A stretch of DNA of 64,000 nt from Candidatus Bathyarchaeia archaeon (GCA_050010755.1 JBEKKK010000001.1:192001-256000), one strand, 5' to 3'. Numbered from the stretch's first letter, positions 1-9,166 are shown. Program-made: numbers and translations. Notes: generated by a model from the letters alone, not told the origin.

Positions 1-1
1 C

Positions 2-517
2 CTAAGCTCAAGCAGCTTTCTATCTGGCTTGGGAGAGACGAATATCCTCATGATTCAGAGCATAGCAACACTGGTCATCGGCATTCCCCTGGGCATCGTC
101 CTTATCTCAATGCTGGGGATAACCGGCCTCATAATCGCAACCGTGGTTTCAGGAGTGCCAAGCATGATTTGGGGCCTCTACTGGATATGGAAACACTACC
201 AAGCCAAAGCGGACTTCAAATCCTCAGCAAAAATCCTCACAGCCTCAGCCATAGCCGCCATCCTTGCATATTTACCCACCGTCTTCCTCAACACTGCCTA
301 CTGGACAAAACTCGTAATCGGCCTACTCATCTTCTTAGCCGCCTACATCTTCGGCGCACCCATCATCGGCGCAGTTAGCCTGACCGACATAACCAACCTC
401 AGAACAATGTTCTCCGGCATGACCACAATATCAAAAATCATGAACATCCCATTAAAAGCCGCAGAAAAAGCCGCTGGGATCAAACCGTCAAACAAAAAAA
501 CAGACGAAAAGCCTTAG
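2..517 (+). CDS. Polysaccharide/oligosaccharide flippase-like membrane protein, C-terminal part (5' truncated by window)
   Basis: Frame is open from the window start; multiple TM helices; C-terminus resembles Wzx/MurJ-type flippases. Confidence 0.6.
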   Translation, partial: LSSSSFLSGLGETNILMIQSIATLVIGIPLGIVLISMLGITGLIIATVVSGVPSMIWGLYWIWKHYQAKADFKSSAKILTASAIAAILAYLPTVFLNTAYWTKLVIGLLIFLAAYIFGAPIIGAVSLTDITNLRTMFSGMTTISKIMNIPLKAAEKAAGIKPSNKKTDEKP

Positions 518-552
518 CCACGCTTACCATCCTTTTTCGGAGCACCACCCAC

Positions 553-612
553 GCAACATGAAAACTTACAAAGCAACATTACATCTGATGTAAAGAAAAA
601 AAGGGGAGGGGG
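553..612 (+). repeat. Dispersed intergenic repeat, copy 1
   Basis: gcaacatgaaaacttacaaagcaacattacatctgatgtaaagaaaaaaaggggaggggg; palindromic core TTACATC-T-GATGTAA at 579-593. Confidence 0.95.
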
Positions 613-683
613 CCAGCGCCTGTGCTGCGAGAAGTCTTAATACCGCCGCTTCTGCATAGTTTAAACCTGCATCAAACGACAAG

Positions 684-1247
684 ATGATTGCCGTGAGTTT
701 AGAAAAAAGATTTCGTTCCTTGGGCGCGCTGATTCGCCGTTCAAAGAAAACAATTCTGCTCATAATCGTCGTAGTAGCCATAACGCTTCTGGTGAGCGGC
801 ATCATCTCGATAATACTGGACAGCGGCAGCCTCGTAAGCCTCCCCAGCGTCGGCAACATCCACACTATAGGCGTCAAAGCCTACTGGGACCAGACCCTCC
901 AGAACCAGACAACATCAATCAACTGGGGCACAGTCTACACGGGCGAATCCTACAACACGACACTGTACCTGCAGAGCGTCAGCAACGTCCCCACACTCCT
1001 CCAACTGACAACCACAAACTGGACCTTCATAACCACGAACAACACAATAGCCGCAGGACCGACAGAAAACACGCCCAACCTCAACCTAACCTGGAACTAC
1101 AACAACCAAACACTAAACCGCAACCAAACCATCCAAACAACCCTAACACTAACCGTAAACAGCAGCTACGACTTCGTCGCATTCCTAATAAACAACAACA
1201 TAAAACAAGTCACCATGGACATAATCATCCAAGCAAACGAAACTTAG
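684..1247 (+). CDS. Membrane-anchored/secreted beta-rich surface protein
   Basis: N-terminal TM after basic residues; Thr/Asn-rich; TSINWG motif shared with 2495-2938. Confidence 0.75.
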   Translation: MIAVSLEKRFRSLGALIRRSKKTILLIIVVVAITLLVSGIISIILDSGSLVSLPSVGNIHTIGVKAYWDQTLQNQTTSINWGTVYTGESYNTTLYLQSVSNVPTLLQLTTTNWTFITTNNTIAAGPTENTPNLNLTWNYNNQTLNRNQTIQTTLTLTVNSSYDFVAFLINNNIKQVTMDIIIQANET

Positions 1248-1307
1248 CACACACAGGCAAAGCATGCCTGAAAGAACAAGCCATCACAAAAAAGAAAAAC
1301 CGTTCTA

Positions 1308-2222
1308 ATGCCAAAAAGAACCAAACCTTTTACATGCAGAACAATAGTGATAAGTCAGACATTAGTTCAAACCAAAAGACGGAAAAGTCTCAGCTCTCGG
1401 AGAAACTCCATCTTGAAAATCACGGTGTCATTATCGCCTCCCCCGCGCGAGATGCAAATCGGCGTCATCTTCGCAGTGACGGGAATCTTGTCCCTGCTCG
1501 TAGCTGTCTATAAGCAATCAGAAGTGTTAGCCTTCATAGGCCTCGGCCTGACCCTGTGGGGCGTACTTTTCTTCCTCGTAAGACCCGTAATGTACGTTCG
1601 CGGAAGCCTCCTCAACCCAGCCTCGGAACCGCTCTATTCCACGATAGATAGAATACTCAACGACTCCAAGTATGAAGGCAGAGCCCTCTACGTTCCGCCC
1701 TACCCCAAACGGGCATACCTGCCCGAGCATCTTAAGGGGCTTAAAGAAACCGTCGTTTTCATCCCAGCAGGATCCGACACCGTTCCACCGCCCATAGAAG
1801 AAATGGCAACCGGCAAGTTCATGACCCAAAACCCCAAAGGAATACTCATCACACCCCCAGGCTCGGATCTAATGGATCAACTGGAAAAAACCGCTAGAAT
1901 AGACTTCACCAAGACCAGCCTAGAAGATCTATGCGATATTCTCCCCCAGCAAATACTGGAAAACTTTCAACTCGCAAAAGAAATAGAAATGAAAGCCGAA
2001 AACAATCAAATCCAACTCAAAATTTCCGACTCCATCTACACAGATCTATACCGGGACGAGACGCTCAAAAGCCTCAAACTGCTAGGATGCCCCCTAGTAA
2101 GCGCCGTCGCCTGCGCAATAGCAAAGGCAACAGGTAAAACGGTTTCGCTCCAGAAAATAACCACTTCTCCAGATGCAAAGACCGTTGAAGTTTCCTACAG
2201 CCTAGTTGAGGCTCAGAAATGA
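1308..2222 (+). CDS. Conserved archaeal hypothetical protein with 2 N-terminal TM helices (start may lie downstream, near 1451)
   Basis: Long ORF; two TM segments; C-terminal GCP..S..ACA V4R-like segment. Confidence 0.7.
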   Translation: MPKRTKPFTCRTIVISQTLVQTKRRKSLSSRRNSILKITVSLSPPPREMQIGVIFAVTGILSLLVAVYKQSEVLAFIGLGLTLWGVLFFLVRPVMYVRGSLLNPASEPLYSTIDRILNDSKYEGRALYVPPYPKRAYLPEHLKGLKETVVFIPAGSDTVPPPIEEMATGKFMTQNPKGILITPPGSDLMDQLEKTARIDFTKTSLEDLCDILPQQILENFQLAKEIEMKAENNQIQLKISDSIYTDLYRDETLKSLKLLGCPLVSAVACAIAKATGKTVSLQKITTSPDAKTVEVSYSLVEAQK

Positions 2223-2425
2223 ATTTTCCAATGTCATTCTCTGACATTAGCCTGTGGCTGGCAGTCATGGCTATCATGCTTCTAGTAACTTCTGAACTGC
2301 TCACATCCTCAACCGGCCCCTTGAGAAACCTCGCAATAGAGAAAAACCGCCTCAGACTACTCGCACTGGCACTGGGACTAGGCTTCATCATCACAGTGAT
2401 AATGCGCGCCTTCAACTACACATAA
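2219..2425 (+). CDS. Small 2-TM membrane protein
   Basis: ATGA overlap with upstream gene; two hydrophobic helices. Confidence 0.7.
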   Translation: MNFPMSFSDISLWLAVMAIMLLVTSELLTSSTGPLRNLAIEKNRLRLLALALGLGFIITVIMRAFNYT

Positions 2426-2494
2426 ACAGCACACAAACTCCCCCGTGCGCTCATTGGGCGAGGGGCGAGAAAAAATGGTTGGCGGCGTGTGTGT

Positions 2495-2938
2495 TTATTG
2501 TGTTCCTGTGATGGTTATGTCGAATGTGACGCTTGCGATGCCGACTGCGCTTGAGGAAACGTTGAGTGTTATAATTGCTGGGACGACTCCGGTGACTGGT
2601 AAGACCGTGTTCTGCTGGTTCCAGGTTACGGTGAAGTTTCCCTGAGCCGCCGATGGGTTCCAGTTGGCCGTTGCCATCGTTAACGTTACGGATACAGTGC
2701 CATTGTTCCTGACGTATACTGTTTGGGTCGGAGTGTCGCCCGGGTTCTGCATTCCCCAGTTTATGCTGGTAACTGGAATCGTGCAACTATTGTCCGAGAA
2801 TACGCCAACTCCAACAGCGTTCACTCCCATCGTATTGTGGAAGGTGCTCACAGAAGTCAACGCCGCGTACGTGGCTATTAGCGTGGCGAAAACCGCTACT
2901 AGTGCTATTACACCTATCGTGGAAGCTTTCATCGCCAT
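2495..2938 (-). CDS. Secreted surface protein, paralog of 684-1247
   Basis: Signal peptide MAMKASTIGVIALV; VGV..D...TSINWG...T.YV.N motif; start reset to ATG at 2938. Confidence 0.75.
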   Translation of the reverse strand: MAMKASTIGVIALVAVFATLIATYAALTSVSTFHNTMGVNAVGVGVFSDNSCTIPVTSINWGMQNPGDTPTQTVYVRNNGTVSVTLTMATANWNPSAAQGNFTVTWNQQNTVLPVTGVVPAIITLNVSSSAVGIASVTFDITITGTQ

Positions 2939-3210
2939 CGTTTCATCACTTGCCAAATAGCTTGTATCAAGTCTTAATAAACCATACTGTCCTCCTGAAC
3001 AACAAAAATACACAAAACCAAAAACAACACAAACCCACCACAACAAAAAACAAAAACAAACAAAGAACCCAAAAAACCAAACAGCAAAATCCCAACCCGC
3101 CCAGACGACCATACTGCCGCACGAACCGCGACGGCCGCCAGGCCCAGCGCAAGCCTCAGAACGAGAACAGGAAATGGAAAACACGGTTACCGGAGATTCT
3201 GTGCGAGTAA

Positions 3211-3280
3211 CATGCAAATTTACGCTTACACATTACAAAGCAACATTACAACAGACGTAAAGAAAAAAAAGGGGAGGGGG
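3211..3280 (+). repeat. Dispersed repeat, copy 2
   Basis: catgcaaatttacgcttacacattacaaagcaacattacaacagacgtaaagaaaaaaaaggggaggggg. Confidence 0.95.
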
Positions 3281-3299
3281 AGTCGTTCACAGCGAAACG

Positions 3300-3370
3300 C
3301 AACATGGACACACACGTGGATCCATTACATCCCAACATTACATCTGATGTAAAGAAAAAAAAAGGGAGGG
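3300..3370 (+). repeat. Dispersed repeat, copy 3
   Basis: caacatggacacacacgtggatccattacatcccaacattacatctgatgtaaagaaaaaaaaagggaggg; first 29 bp identical to 20492-20520. Confidence 0.95.
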
Positions 3371-3413
3371 AGCAGCGCGCGCGAGGAAACGAAAACGAGG
3401 AGGTGAAAACAGG

Positions 3414-3695
3414 TTGAGCAAAGATCAAACAATCGGCGCAGCAATAGCCTTAGTGTGCGCAGTTGTAGGCGTACTCTACACTCTAGGACTCTTCTACTGG
3501 GGATACTGGACAGCCGGCCGCTCATGGGCCCTATCGTTCACACTCGTAGCGCTTCCAATGTTCGTAGCATTCATCGCAATAATGGGCATAGGCGCATGGA
3601 TAGGCTGGACAATGGCCACAACCCCACCCCCAAAACCAATAGAAGAAATAACAAGCGCAGACGAGACAAAACCCGCAGAAAACAAAGAGCCATAA
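3414..3695 (+). CDS. Conserved small archaeal 2-TM membrane protein
   Basis: GGAGGTGA SD; WIGWTMATTPPPKPIEEI motif typical of a conserved TACK family. Confidence 0.8.
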   Translation: MSKDQTIGAAIALVCAVVGVLYTLGLFYWGYWTAGRSWALSFTLVALPMFVAFIAIMGIGAWIGWTMATTPPPKPIEEITSADETKPAENKEP

Positions 3696-3868
3696 CCAAA
3701 CCGTGCCGCCCGCTAGAGTCAAAGCCACCCTGGCAACCCGCAACACTCATTCCATTCTCTCTTCAGACGCCCAGACGACCCTTCCGCCGCACAAACCGCG
3801 GCAGTCGCCATCGGCCCAGCGCAAGCTCAGAACACCCGTAAAAACACTGATTCGGAAACACGCACTAT

Positions 3869-3938
3869 CAACATGGAAATTTACGCTGCAACATTACAAA
3901 GCAACATTACAACAGACGTAAAGAAAAAAAGGGGAGGG
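3869..3938 (+). repeat. Dispersed repeat, copy 4
   Basis: caacatggaaatttacgctgcaacattacaaagcaacattacaacagacgtaaagaaaaaaaggggaggg. Confidence 0.95.
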
Positions 3939-3982
3939 ACCGTTCGCAGTTGAAACCTTCCACCATGGCACGACGTCAAACA

Positions 3983-4103
3983 TCACAATGCAACATTATA
4001 ATTAACCTCACAAACAAACGAAAAAAAGCCCGCCGTAAGCCACGGTCAAGCCTGTTTTCAACATCGTCTGTCACAAAACAACATTACAACTAACCTCACA
4101 AAC
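3983..4103 (+). repeat. Pair of 33-bp imperfect direct repeats (3983-4015, 4071-4103) containing the CAACATTA half-motif
   Basis: tcacaatgcaacattataattaacctcacaaac vs tcacaaaacaacattacaactaacctcacaaac. Confidence 0.8.
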
Positions 4104-4123
4104 GCGGAGACGGGAGTCAAAAC

Positions 4124-4164
4124 GCAACATGGAAAACTTACAAAGCAACATTACATTACAACAT
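4124..4164 (+). repeat. Left half of split repeat (attL-like junction)
   Basis: gcaacatggaaaacttacaaagcaacattacattacaacat matches the 5' part of copy 1, then switches abruptly to element sequence. Confidence 0.85.
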
Positions 4165-4302
4165 AACCGACTCTTTTTGTCGGTTTATGAAGGTGCATTA
4201 AAATCGAAAAGTTAATCAGTTGATTAAAAAAGTCGAAAGTGCATAACAGAAAAACGTTTTAGCGACTCTGATGCTATATTTTAGGGAAAGGTGTGAGACA
4301 TT

Positions 4303-4728
4303 ATGGCAAATTCTGAAGAATACACAAAGATTGAAACTGTAGATTACGATTTTTATTTGAATAATGAACGAACAGTTTTCATTAAAAATTTTAAGGCTCG
4401 ATATGTGCCTATTCCCCTAGGGCTTGTAGGAGCCCTTGCAAGCGAAGCAATTCTTCACGCTGGAAAAAGTAAAGCTAAAGAGAAGAATCAGGAAATGAAG
4501 GATATGACTAAGGATATGACTTTAGATGAAAAATTGCAAAAAATCAAGGGCAGTTTTGCAGTAGCTCATAACGATGTAGAGTGGATTTGCCTTAGTAAAG
4601 GGCAATTGAATTTTAAAGCTAATAAAGTCTGGAAGTTTCTGAAGTTAAATAAGGAACAGTTTAGTCAATTCTCAAGTTTGCTTCCAAATATTCAGCTACT
4701 TAAGGATAAAACGAAAATAACCTATTGA
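4303..4728 (+). CDS. Hypothetical protein (element cargo)
   Basis: 141-aa ORF with AGGTG SD; AT-rich. Confidence 0.7.
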   Translation: MANSEEYTKIETVDYDFYLNNERTVFIKNFKARYVPIPLGLVGALASEAILHAGKSKAKEKNQEMKDMTKDMTLDEKLQKIKGSFAVAHNDVEWICLSKGQLNFKANKVWKFLKLNKEQFSQFSSLLPNIQLLKDKTKITY

Positions 4729-4760
4729 CAGTCCAACAGAAGACAAACTAGAGGTTAAAA

Positions 4761-5171
4761 ATGAGCAATCAAATAGTCGGTAACATAGGTCTTTACTATA
4801 TATGCTATGAATTATCGAAACGAGGTTGGAATGTTTTACCAACCTCAAGAAACGCAAAGGGTGTGGACTTGGTTATCTATAGTCAGGATGTCACCCGTAA
4901 GCATACTTTACAAGTTAAGACTCTGAGAAAGAGAAACCCCGTTCCTTTTGGAAATAGACCAAGTTTAATGGCGGATTATTTGGTAATTTGCAGAGTATCG
5001 GGTGAGAAGCCAGAGGTTTTTGTTACAGAAATTAATGATGATATAAAAAATAGAATCGAGAAAAAAACAAAGAATGAAAAAATAAGCTATTGGCTTCAAA
5101 TAAAAAATTATGAAGAGTTTAAAGACAATTGGGGTATAATTGGTAACGGTTCACTAGAGGTTCAAAAATGA
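4761..5171 (+). CDS. PD-(D/E)XK family endonuclease (Hjc/restriction-like)
   Basis: L..RGW.V........GVDL ... LQVKT motif pattern of PD-(D/E)XK nucleases. Confidence 0.75.
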   Translation: MSNQIVGNIGLYYICYELSKRGWNVLPTSRNAKGVDLVIYSQDVTRKHTLQVKTLRKRNPVPFGNRPSLMADYLVICRVSGEKPEVFVTEINDDIKNRIEKKTKNEKISYWLQIKNYEEFKDNWGIIGNGSLEVQK

Positions 5172-5803
5172 GTGAAAAGCTACCACTACCAGAACCACCA
5201 CTACCGCCGCCGCCACCACCCAATGACATGAGTGAAAAGGAAAGACGTAGGCTTGATGACCTATTCAATATTGCACTTGTGATTATTACCGTATTAGGAG
5301 CGGCTGAATTCGCATTCGTTGCCGCTGTTCTTTCTTTCTCCAAAGACATTAGCACGGATACCTATCTTAGCACGATAAGGTATGCCTTCTGGATTTCCAC
5401 GTATCCAATAATTTCACTTGTCATATGTTGGGTTTTGAAAGAATCTATTTCTTTTCTGGGAGTGCCTCAAGATGCTTCAAAAGTGCATATTGCAAACTGC
5501 ATCAAAAACCTAGTCGTGTTCGTTACAGAATTCTGCTGGTATTTTTGGGCGATTATACTCTATTTCTTCTTGAATTATTTTCTAACTTTCGTAACGGGGA
5601 ATACTAGTTTTCTCTTCACAATCTTTCATTGGGTCGTTACGGCAATCCCTTGGCTGTCTTTAGATGTTGCAATTGGATATGCTTACAGAAGAGCACTTGG
5701 AGATTTTTATTCTCCATGCAAATCAGTGGCATATTCTATGGGCGCATTTTGGTGTTCATTTATCACAATGATTTTTTACGCGCTAGCGCTTAGTATCCAT
5801 TAA
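5168..5803 (+). CDS. Multi-pass membrane protein with N-terminal polyproline tract
   Basis: ATGA overlap with nuclease gene; about 5 TM helices. Confidence 0.75.
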   Translation: MSEKLPLPEPPLPPPPPPNDMSEKERRRLDDLFNIALVIITVLGAAEFAFVAAVLSFSKDISTDTYLSTIRYAFWISTYPIISLVICWVLKESISFLGVPQDASKVHIANCIKNLVVFVTEFCWYFWAIILYFFLNYFLTFVTGNTSFLFTIFHWVVTAIPWLSLDVAIGYAYRRALGDFYSPCKSVAYSMGAFWCSFITMIFYALALSIH

Positions 5804-5870
5804 CTCGGCAACAGATAAAAAAAATACAGAAAGGCTCTAGTCAAGCTGAAAGAGGAAGAGCGGAATAAAG

Positions 5871-6221
5871 TTACCATGTACCTGAACCCGTGTCGTTATG
5901 TATCTTATCGCTAAATTGACAGCACATACGACACAAACCATCAAGAATGCTTTCTAGCTCTTCCTCTTGCTTCTTTTTCTTCTTTTCCGACATTTTATCT
6001 TTAAGGTTGCTTCTTGCCATTCCGTAAGCACAAATCATAAAGTCCAAGATGTGCTCGAAATCTCGAATCATTCTCGGTTTAAACGGTGCAACACCATAAA
6101 CGGGTTTAACGGGTTTAACAACGGGTTTAACGGTTTTCTGATTAGCTCTTCTCTCTCGCATGTAATTCTTAAAGTAGGAATTTCGCTTTTTCTTGTTCTT
6201 GAACGGCACAAATACCACCAA
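5871..6221 (-). CDS. Basic hypothetical protein with VKP repeats
   Basis: YFKNYMRERR helix; 9-bp tandem repeats AACGGGTTT at about 6099-6135. Confidence 0.65.
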   Translation of the reverse strand: MVVFVPFKNKKKRNSYFKNYMRERRANQKTVKPVVKPVKPVYGVAPFKPRMIRDFEHILDFMICAYGMARSNLKDKMSEKKKKKQEEELESILDGLCRMCCQFSDKIHNDTGSGTW

Positions 6222-6233
6222 AAAAAGAAGGGT

Positions 6234-6665
6234 TTACTTTCTCCGTCCTTGTTTACTTGTGTGAGGTGTCGGTTTTTCTAAATAAGAAATTTCCGCTCTA
6301 AGATGTTTCGCTTTCTCTTCATTACCGCTTTCCTCAGCTAGTTTTAACTGTCTCTTCTTAGTTTCGATTCTCCGCTCTAGCGGTGTTAAACTGTTGAATC
6401 GTTCTCTCTCTTCTTTCTCCTTTTCCCGTGCGCTTTTGCTGTCTTGTGCTTTCTGTTGTTTCTTTTGCCGAGACTCTAAAGCGGTTAATTCATAGCGTTT
6501 ATGAAGGGTTTCATAGACTTCCTTCGGCAATTTGTCTTTGTAAAACTCGGTCAAAACCCACAAAACCCGTGTTGCACTCAGTTGATTATTGTCGGCACAG
6601 TCTTTTTGAAGCAACATAGCCAACTCTAACGGCAAATAAAGAACTATACCGCGCGGTGTTGACAT
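6234..6665 (-). CDS. Hypothetical protein, possible RHH N-terminus plus coiled coil
   Basis: 143-aa ORF; beta-strand/helix/helix-like N-terminus; charged C-terminus. Confidence 0.65.
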   Translation of the reverse strand: MSTPRGIVLYLPLELAMLLQKDCADNNQLSATRVLWVLTEFYKDKLPKEVYETLHKRYELTALESRQKKQQKAQDSKSAREKEKEERERFNSLTPLERRIETKKRQLKLAEESGNEEKAKHLRAEISYLEKPTPHTSKQGRRK

Positions 6666-6675
6666 GGGTTAAGCC

Positions 6676-6837
6676 TCATTGAGTGGGGTTTTGTGTAATG
6701 GTTACTACACACTTAGACGAACCGCAATAACAACACCTAAAACGGTAAATCATACCGTTCTTGGTTGCTTTCTTGCCGTTCTTACTCATAAGAGTCTTGC
6801 ACTTGTCGCACCGTGGACGCTCGATATTTTCCGACAT
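6676..6837 (-). CDS. Small zinc-ribbon protein (53 aa; not in ORF track)
   Basis: MSENIERPRCDKCKTLMSKNGKKATKNGMIYRFRCCYCG...; CxxC...CxxC. Confidence 0.65.
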   Translation of the reverse strand: MSENIERPRCDKCKTLMSKNGKKATKNGMIYRFRCCYCGSSKCVVTITQNPTQ

Positions 6838-7589
6838 TTCACATCTACTTAGATAGACTATTACACACCAACTATTAAACTTTGCGGAGAATTACCCATG
6901 CACAAAACACCTTGAGCACAAACCCACCGCTAACCCTAGACTCGAACCTTATCAACACAATTTGTTAAAATCCGAGCGTAGAAAAGAAAGAGACAAATAC
7001 ACACTTTCATCTGGTTAGTGTGTAATAGTCTAGGTAGGTAGACAAGTGGTAGTAGTTAGTAGTAGGGAAAGCCTAGAGGACACCCGACACCCACCCAGAA
7101 CAGCTAAGTTATCACCCCAAAAACCCTCAAACCACTACTGAAAAACTACTTAATAGTGCTGAAAAAGGACGGGTGTGTTCATTTAAACGCGCCTATGTGG
7201 TGGATGTTGGCTTATGAATCTGGGTTGAACTATTCGTTTAATCGTACTAAAGTAATGATGTTTTCCATTCATTTAATCCATAATTGTAATGGTTCTCCAT
7301 GCACTCGAACGACTTTGAACGTGGCGCAACGGTTGAAATAGCCCAGAATCGGATTTAAGTCCCCCACTAGTGCCACATTCTAGCCCGTTTCAATCCGTAG
7401 CGTCCGTCCTTACACTTTTTGATAAGGGTTTGGTGGGTGTGGGGTTAGTCAGTAGCTACTGAAAAACTACTTACTAACTACTGAAAAGTGCTAACTCGGG
7501 ACAGGGACGGGTTTAACTGTCACTAACTCTTTTTGTATAACTGTAGAATAACCTTTAAATACCTCAGAGTAATACATGTAATGTAAGTA
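6838..7589. promoter_or_regulatory. Divergent control region / putative replication origin of the element
   Basis: About 750 bp non-coding between divergent gene sets; perfect 15-bp IR at 6854-6868/7018-7032; 18-bp DR at 7135-7152/7456-7473. Confidence 0.55.
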
Positions 7590-7997
7590 ATGGTGATAAC
7601 CGTGGAAGTAACTACGATTTCAATTGACAGAAAGACGCTCGAAAAACTCAGTGTCATAGCGGTTAAAGCTAGCATGACGAAAACGGAGCTAGTGACCGCA
7701 TACGTTGACGCACTCTTTAAACTCATTGAAGAGGCACGACCACCGAGCCAAAAAATCAGCTTAACAACTTTTGACATTGACCTTTTACACGGCACACTCA
7801 AACAGTCGTTCGCCAATTTGTACGACATAACCGAGCTACCCGACTTTATTCAAAACTTCTATTCGTGCCAAAAATTCATTGAAGACGGAGAAGCTAAAAC
7901 CCGATTCTACACGAAAGAGGAACTACTGAAAGAGGGTTTCAACGGTGCAGACATTGACATTTTGCTAGATGAACAGAAAAGGAGATTTAAGAAATGA
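7590..7997 (+). CDS. Ribbon-helix-helix (CopG-like) DNA-binding protein
   Basis: TTISIDRKTLEKLSVIA....MTKTELV RHH pattern. Confidence 0.75.
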   Translation: MVITVEVTTISIDRKTLEKLSVIAVKASMTKTELVTAYVDALFKLIEEARPPSQKISLTTFDIDLLHGTLKQSFANLYDITELPDFIQNFYSCQKFIEDGEAKTRFYTKEELLKEGFNGADIDILLDEQKRRFKK

Positions 7998-8623
7998 GCG
8001 AAGAAAACCAAGATAAGAAAGTAAAGGTTCAGATAGACGTAAACAACAAAGGAACAGAGGAATTAGTTAAGCTACTGAAAGAGAAAGAAGCTAAGGAAAA
8101 TGAAGGGTTCGACTTAGCTGGAAAAATCGCAGAGGCAAACGAAAAGTTTCACACTCAAATGTTTTCACAAGCACAAAACAGACAAATGTTAGCTTCAATG
8201 ATAACGTCTTTCGTTAACGACATAGCTTCACGCACAAACCCGACACCACCGAGCACAGGAACAGCACCGCTAAATGATGCTCAGTACGGAGCTAGACCTC
8301 AAGACCTCTATACTAAACCCTATACTGATTTTCAGAGTTTAGTTAAGGATTTGAGGGAAAAGGCGCGGAGCGGTTCAAAAGAAGCGGAAAGTTATCTTAA
8401 CTCACTTTTTGAGAAGCACCGAGAGCTTAAAATGCAAGACCCACACAGACCCGAGCCTAGTTATAACCCCAATTCACCAGAAGCCTTAGAAGAACTTAAC
8501 CTAGTGAAAAAGGACGGATTTCTAACACCCTCTAAGGTTGAGGACGGAGATTTAGGTCAATTGCAAAAGAAATGGCGTGAGGAAAGAAAAAGACAGAAAG
8601 AAGAGGGAGAAGTGAAGGCATAA
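7994..8623 (+). CDS. Hypothetical element protein
   Basis: 209-aa ORF, ATGA-coupled. Confidence 0.75.
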   Translation: MSEENQDKKVKVQIDVNNKGTEELVKLLKEKEAKENEGFDLAGKIAEANEKFHTQMFSQAQNRQMLASMITSFVNDIASRTNPTPPSTGTAPLNDAQYGARPQDLYTKPYTDFQSLVKDLREKARSGSKEAESYLNSLFEKHRELKMQDPHRPEPSYNPNSPEALEELNLVKKDGFLTPSKVEDGDLGQLQKKWREERKRQKEEGEVKA

Positions 8624-9162
8624 TGAGCACCAACCAAGACGATATAAAAACTTACGTAAATATGGGTAGGGTTTTCGAAGATGAAAAAGGAGAACTCTAT
8701 TTCATAAAAACAACTGAAAAACGAAAGTTCATAATGCGAAGTTCTGATAACGGAGAACCAATTTTTGAAAAGACACCGTGCGCAACAAAAGAAGAGCACG
8801 TTACACCGAGCGAACTAGGATTCACAAAAAAAGATACACGGGATATTTACGTTTATAAAACCGAAAACTCGGAGCTAGAAGAACAAACCGTTTATTATTC
8901 TATGACTCTCACGTTTGAAATTCCACAAGAAAAGAAATACAAAACCGCTTATCTCCGAAAAGCCAAAAGCGGAAGGGTGTTTCTTGTTTGGTTCGATAGT
9001 GGGTGTTCGAGTGAAGTTTCCGTTAATGATTCAGAGTTTTGTAAACGCTCGAAAGGTAAACGACTAGAACCCGACACTATCATAAACCGTAACGCTCCAA
9101 TTTTCACGCTTTCGGCAAGTGGAGAACTAGAACTTAGACTAGATTCAAGTAAGGTTTGGTAG
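8623..9162 (+). CDS. Hypothetical element protein
   Basis: 179-aa ORF, TAATG-coupled. Confidence 0.75.
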   Translation: MSTNQDDIKTYVNMGRVFEDEKGELYFIKTTEKRKFIMRSSDNGEPIFEKTPCATKEEHVTPSELGFTKKDTRDIYVYKTENSELEEQTVYYSMTLTFEIPQEKKYKTAYLRKAKSGRVFLVWFDSGCSSEVSVNDSEFCKRSKGKRLEPDTIINRNAPIFTLSASGELELRLDSSKVW

Positions 9163-9166
9163 GTAG

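Noticed and set aside
553-612. Canonical ORB / oriC
   Set aside because: It lacks the TTCCA..GGAA ORB core, and no orc1/cdc6 gene is in the window; the similarity is architectural only.
2902-3217. K/Q/N/T-rich and F/V/C-rich ORFs
   Set aside because: These are artefacts of an extremely C/A-skewed low-complexity intergenic tract.
3211-4164. CRISPR array interpretation of the clustered repeats
   Set aside because: Spacing is irregular, copies are degenerate and interrupted by a gene, the family is dispersed, and no cas genes are present.
4303-5803. Integron cassette array with attC sites
   Set aside because: No attC-like hairpins between these genes (they overlap or nearly abut), and no IntI-specific insertion is recognisable in the integrase.
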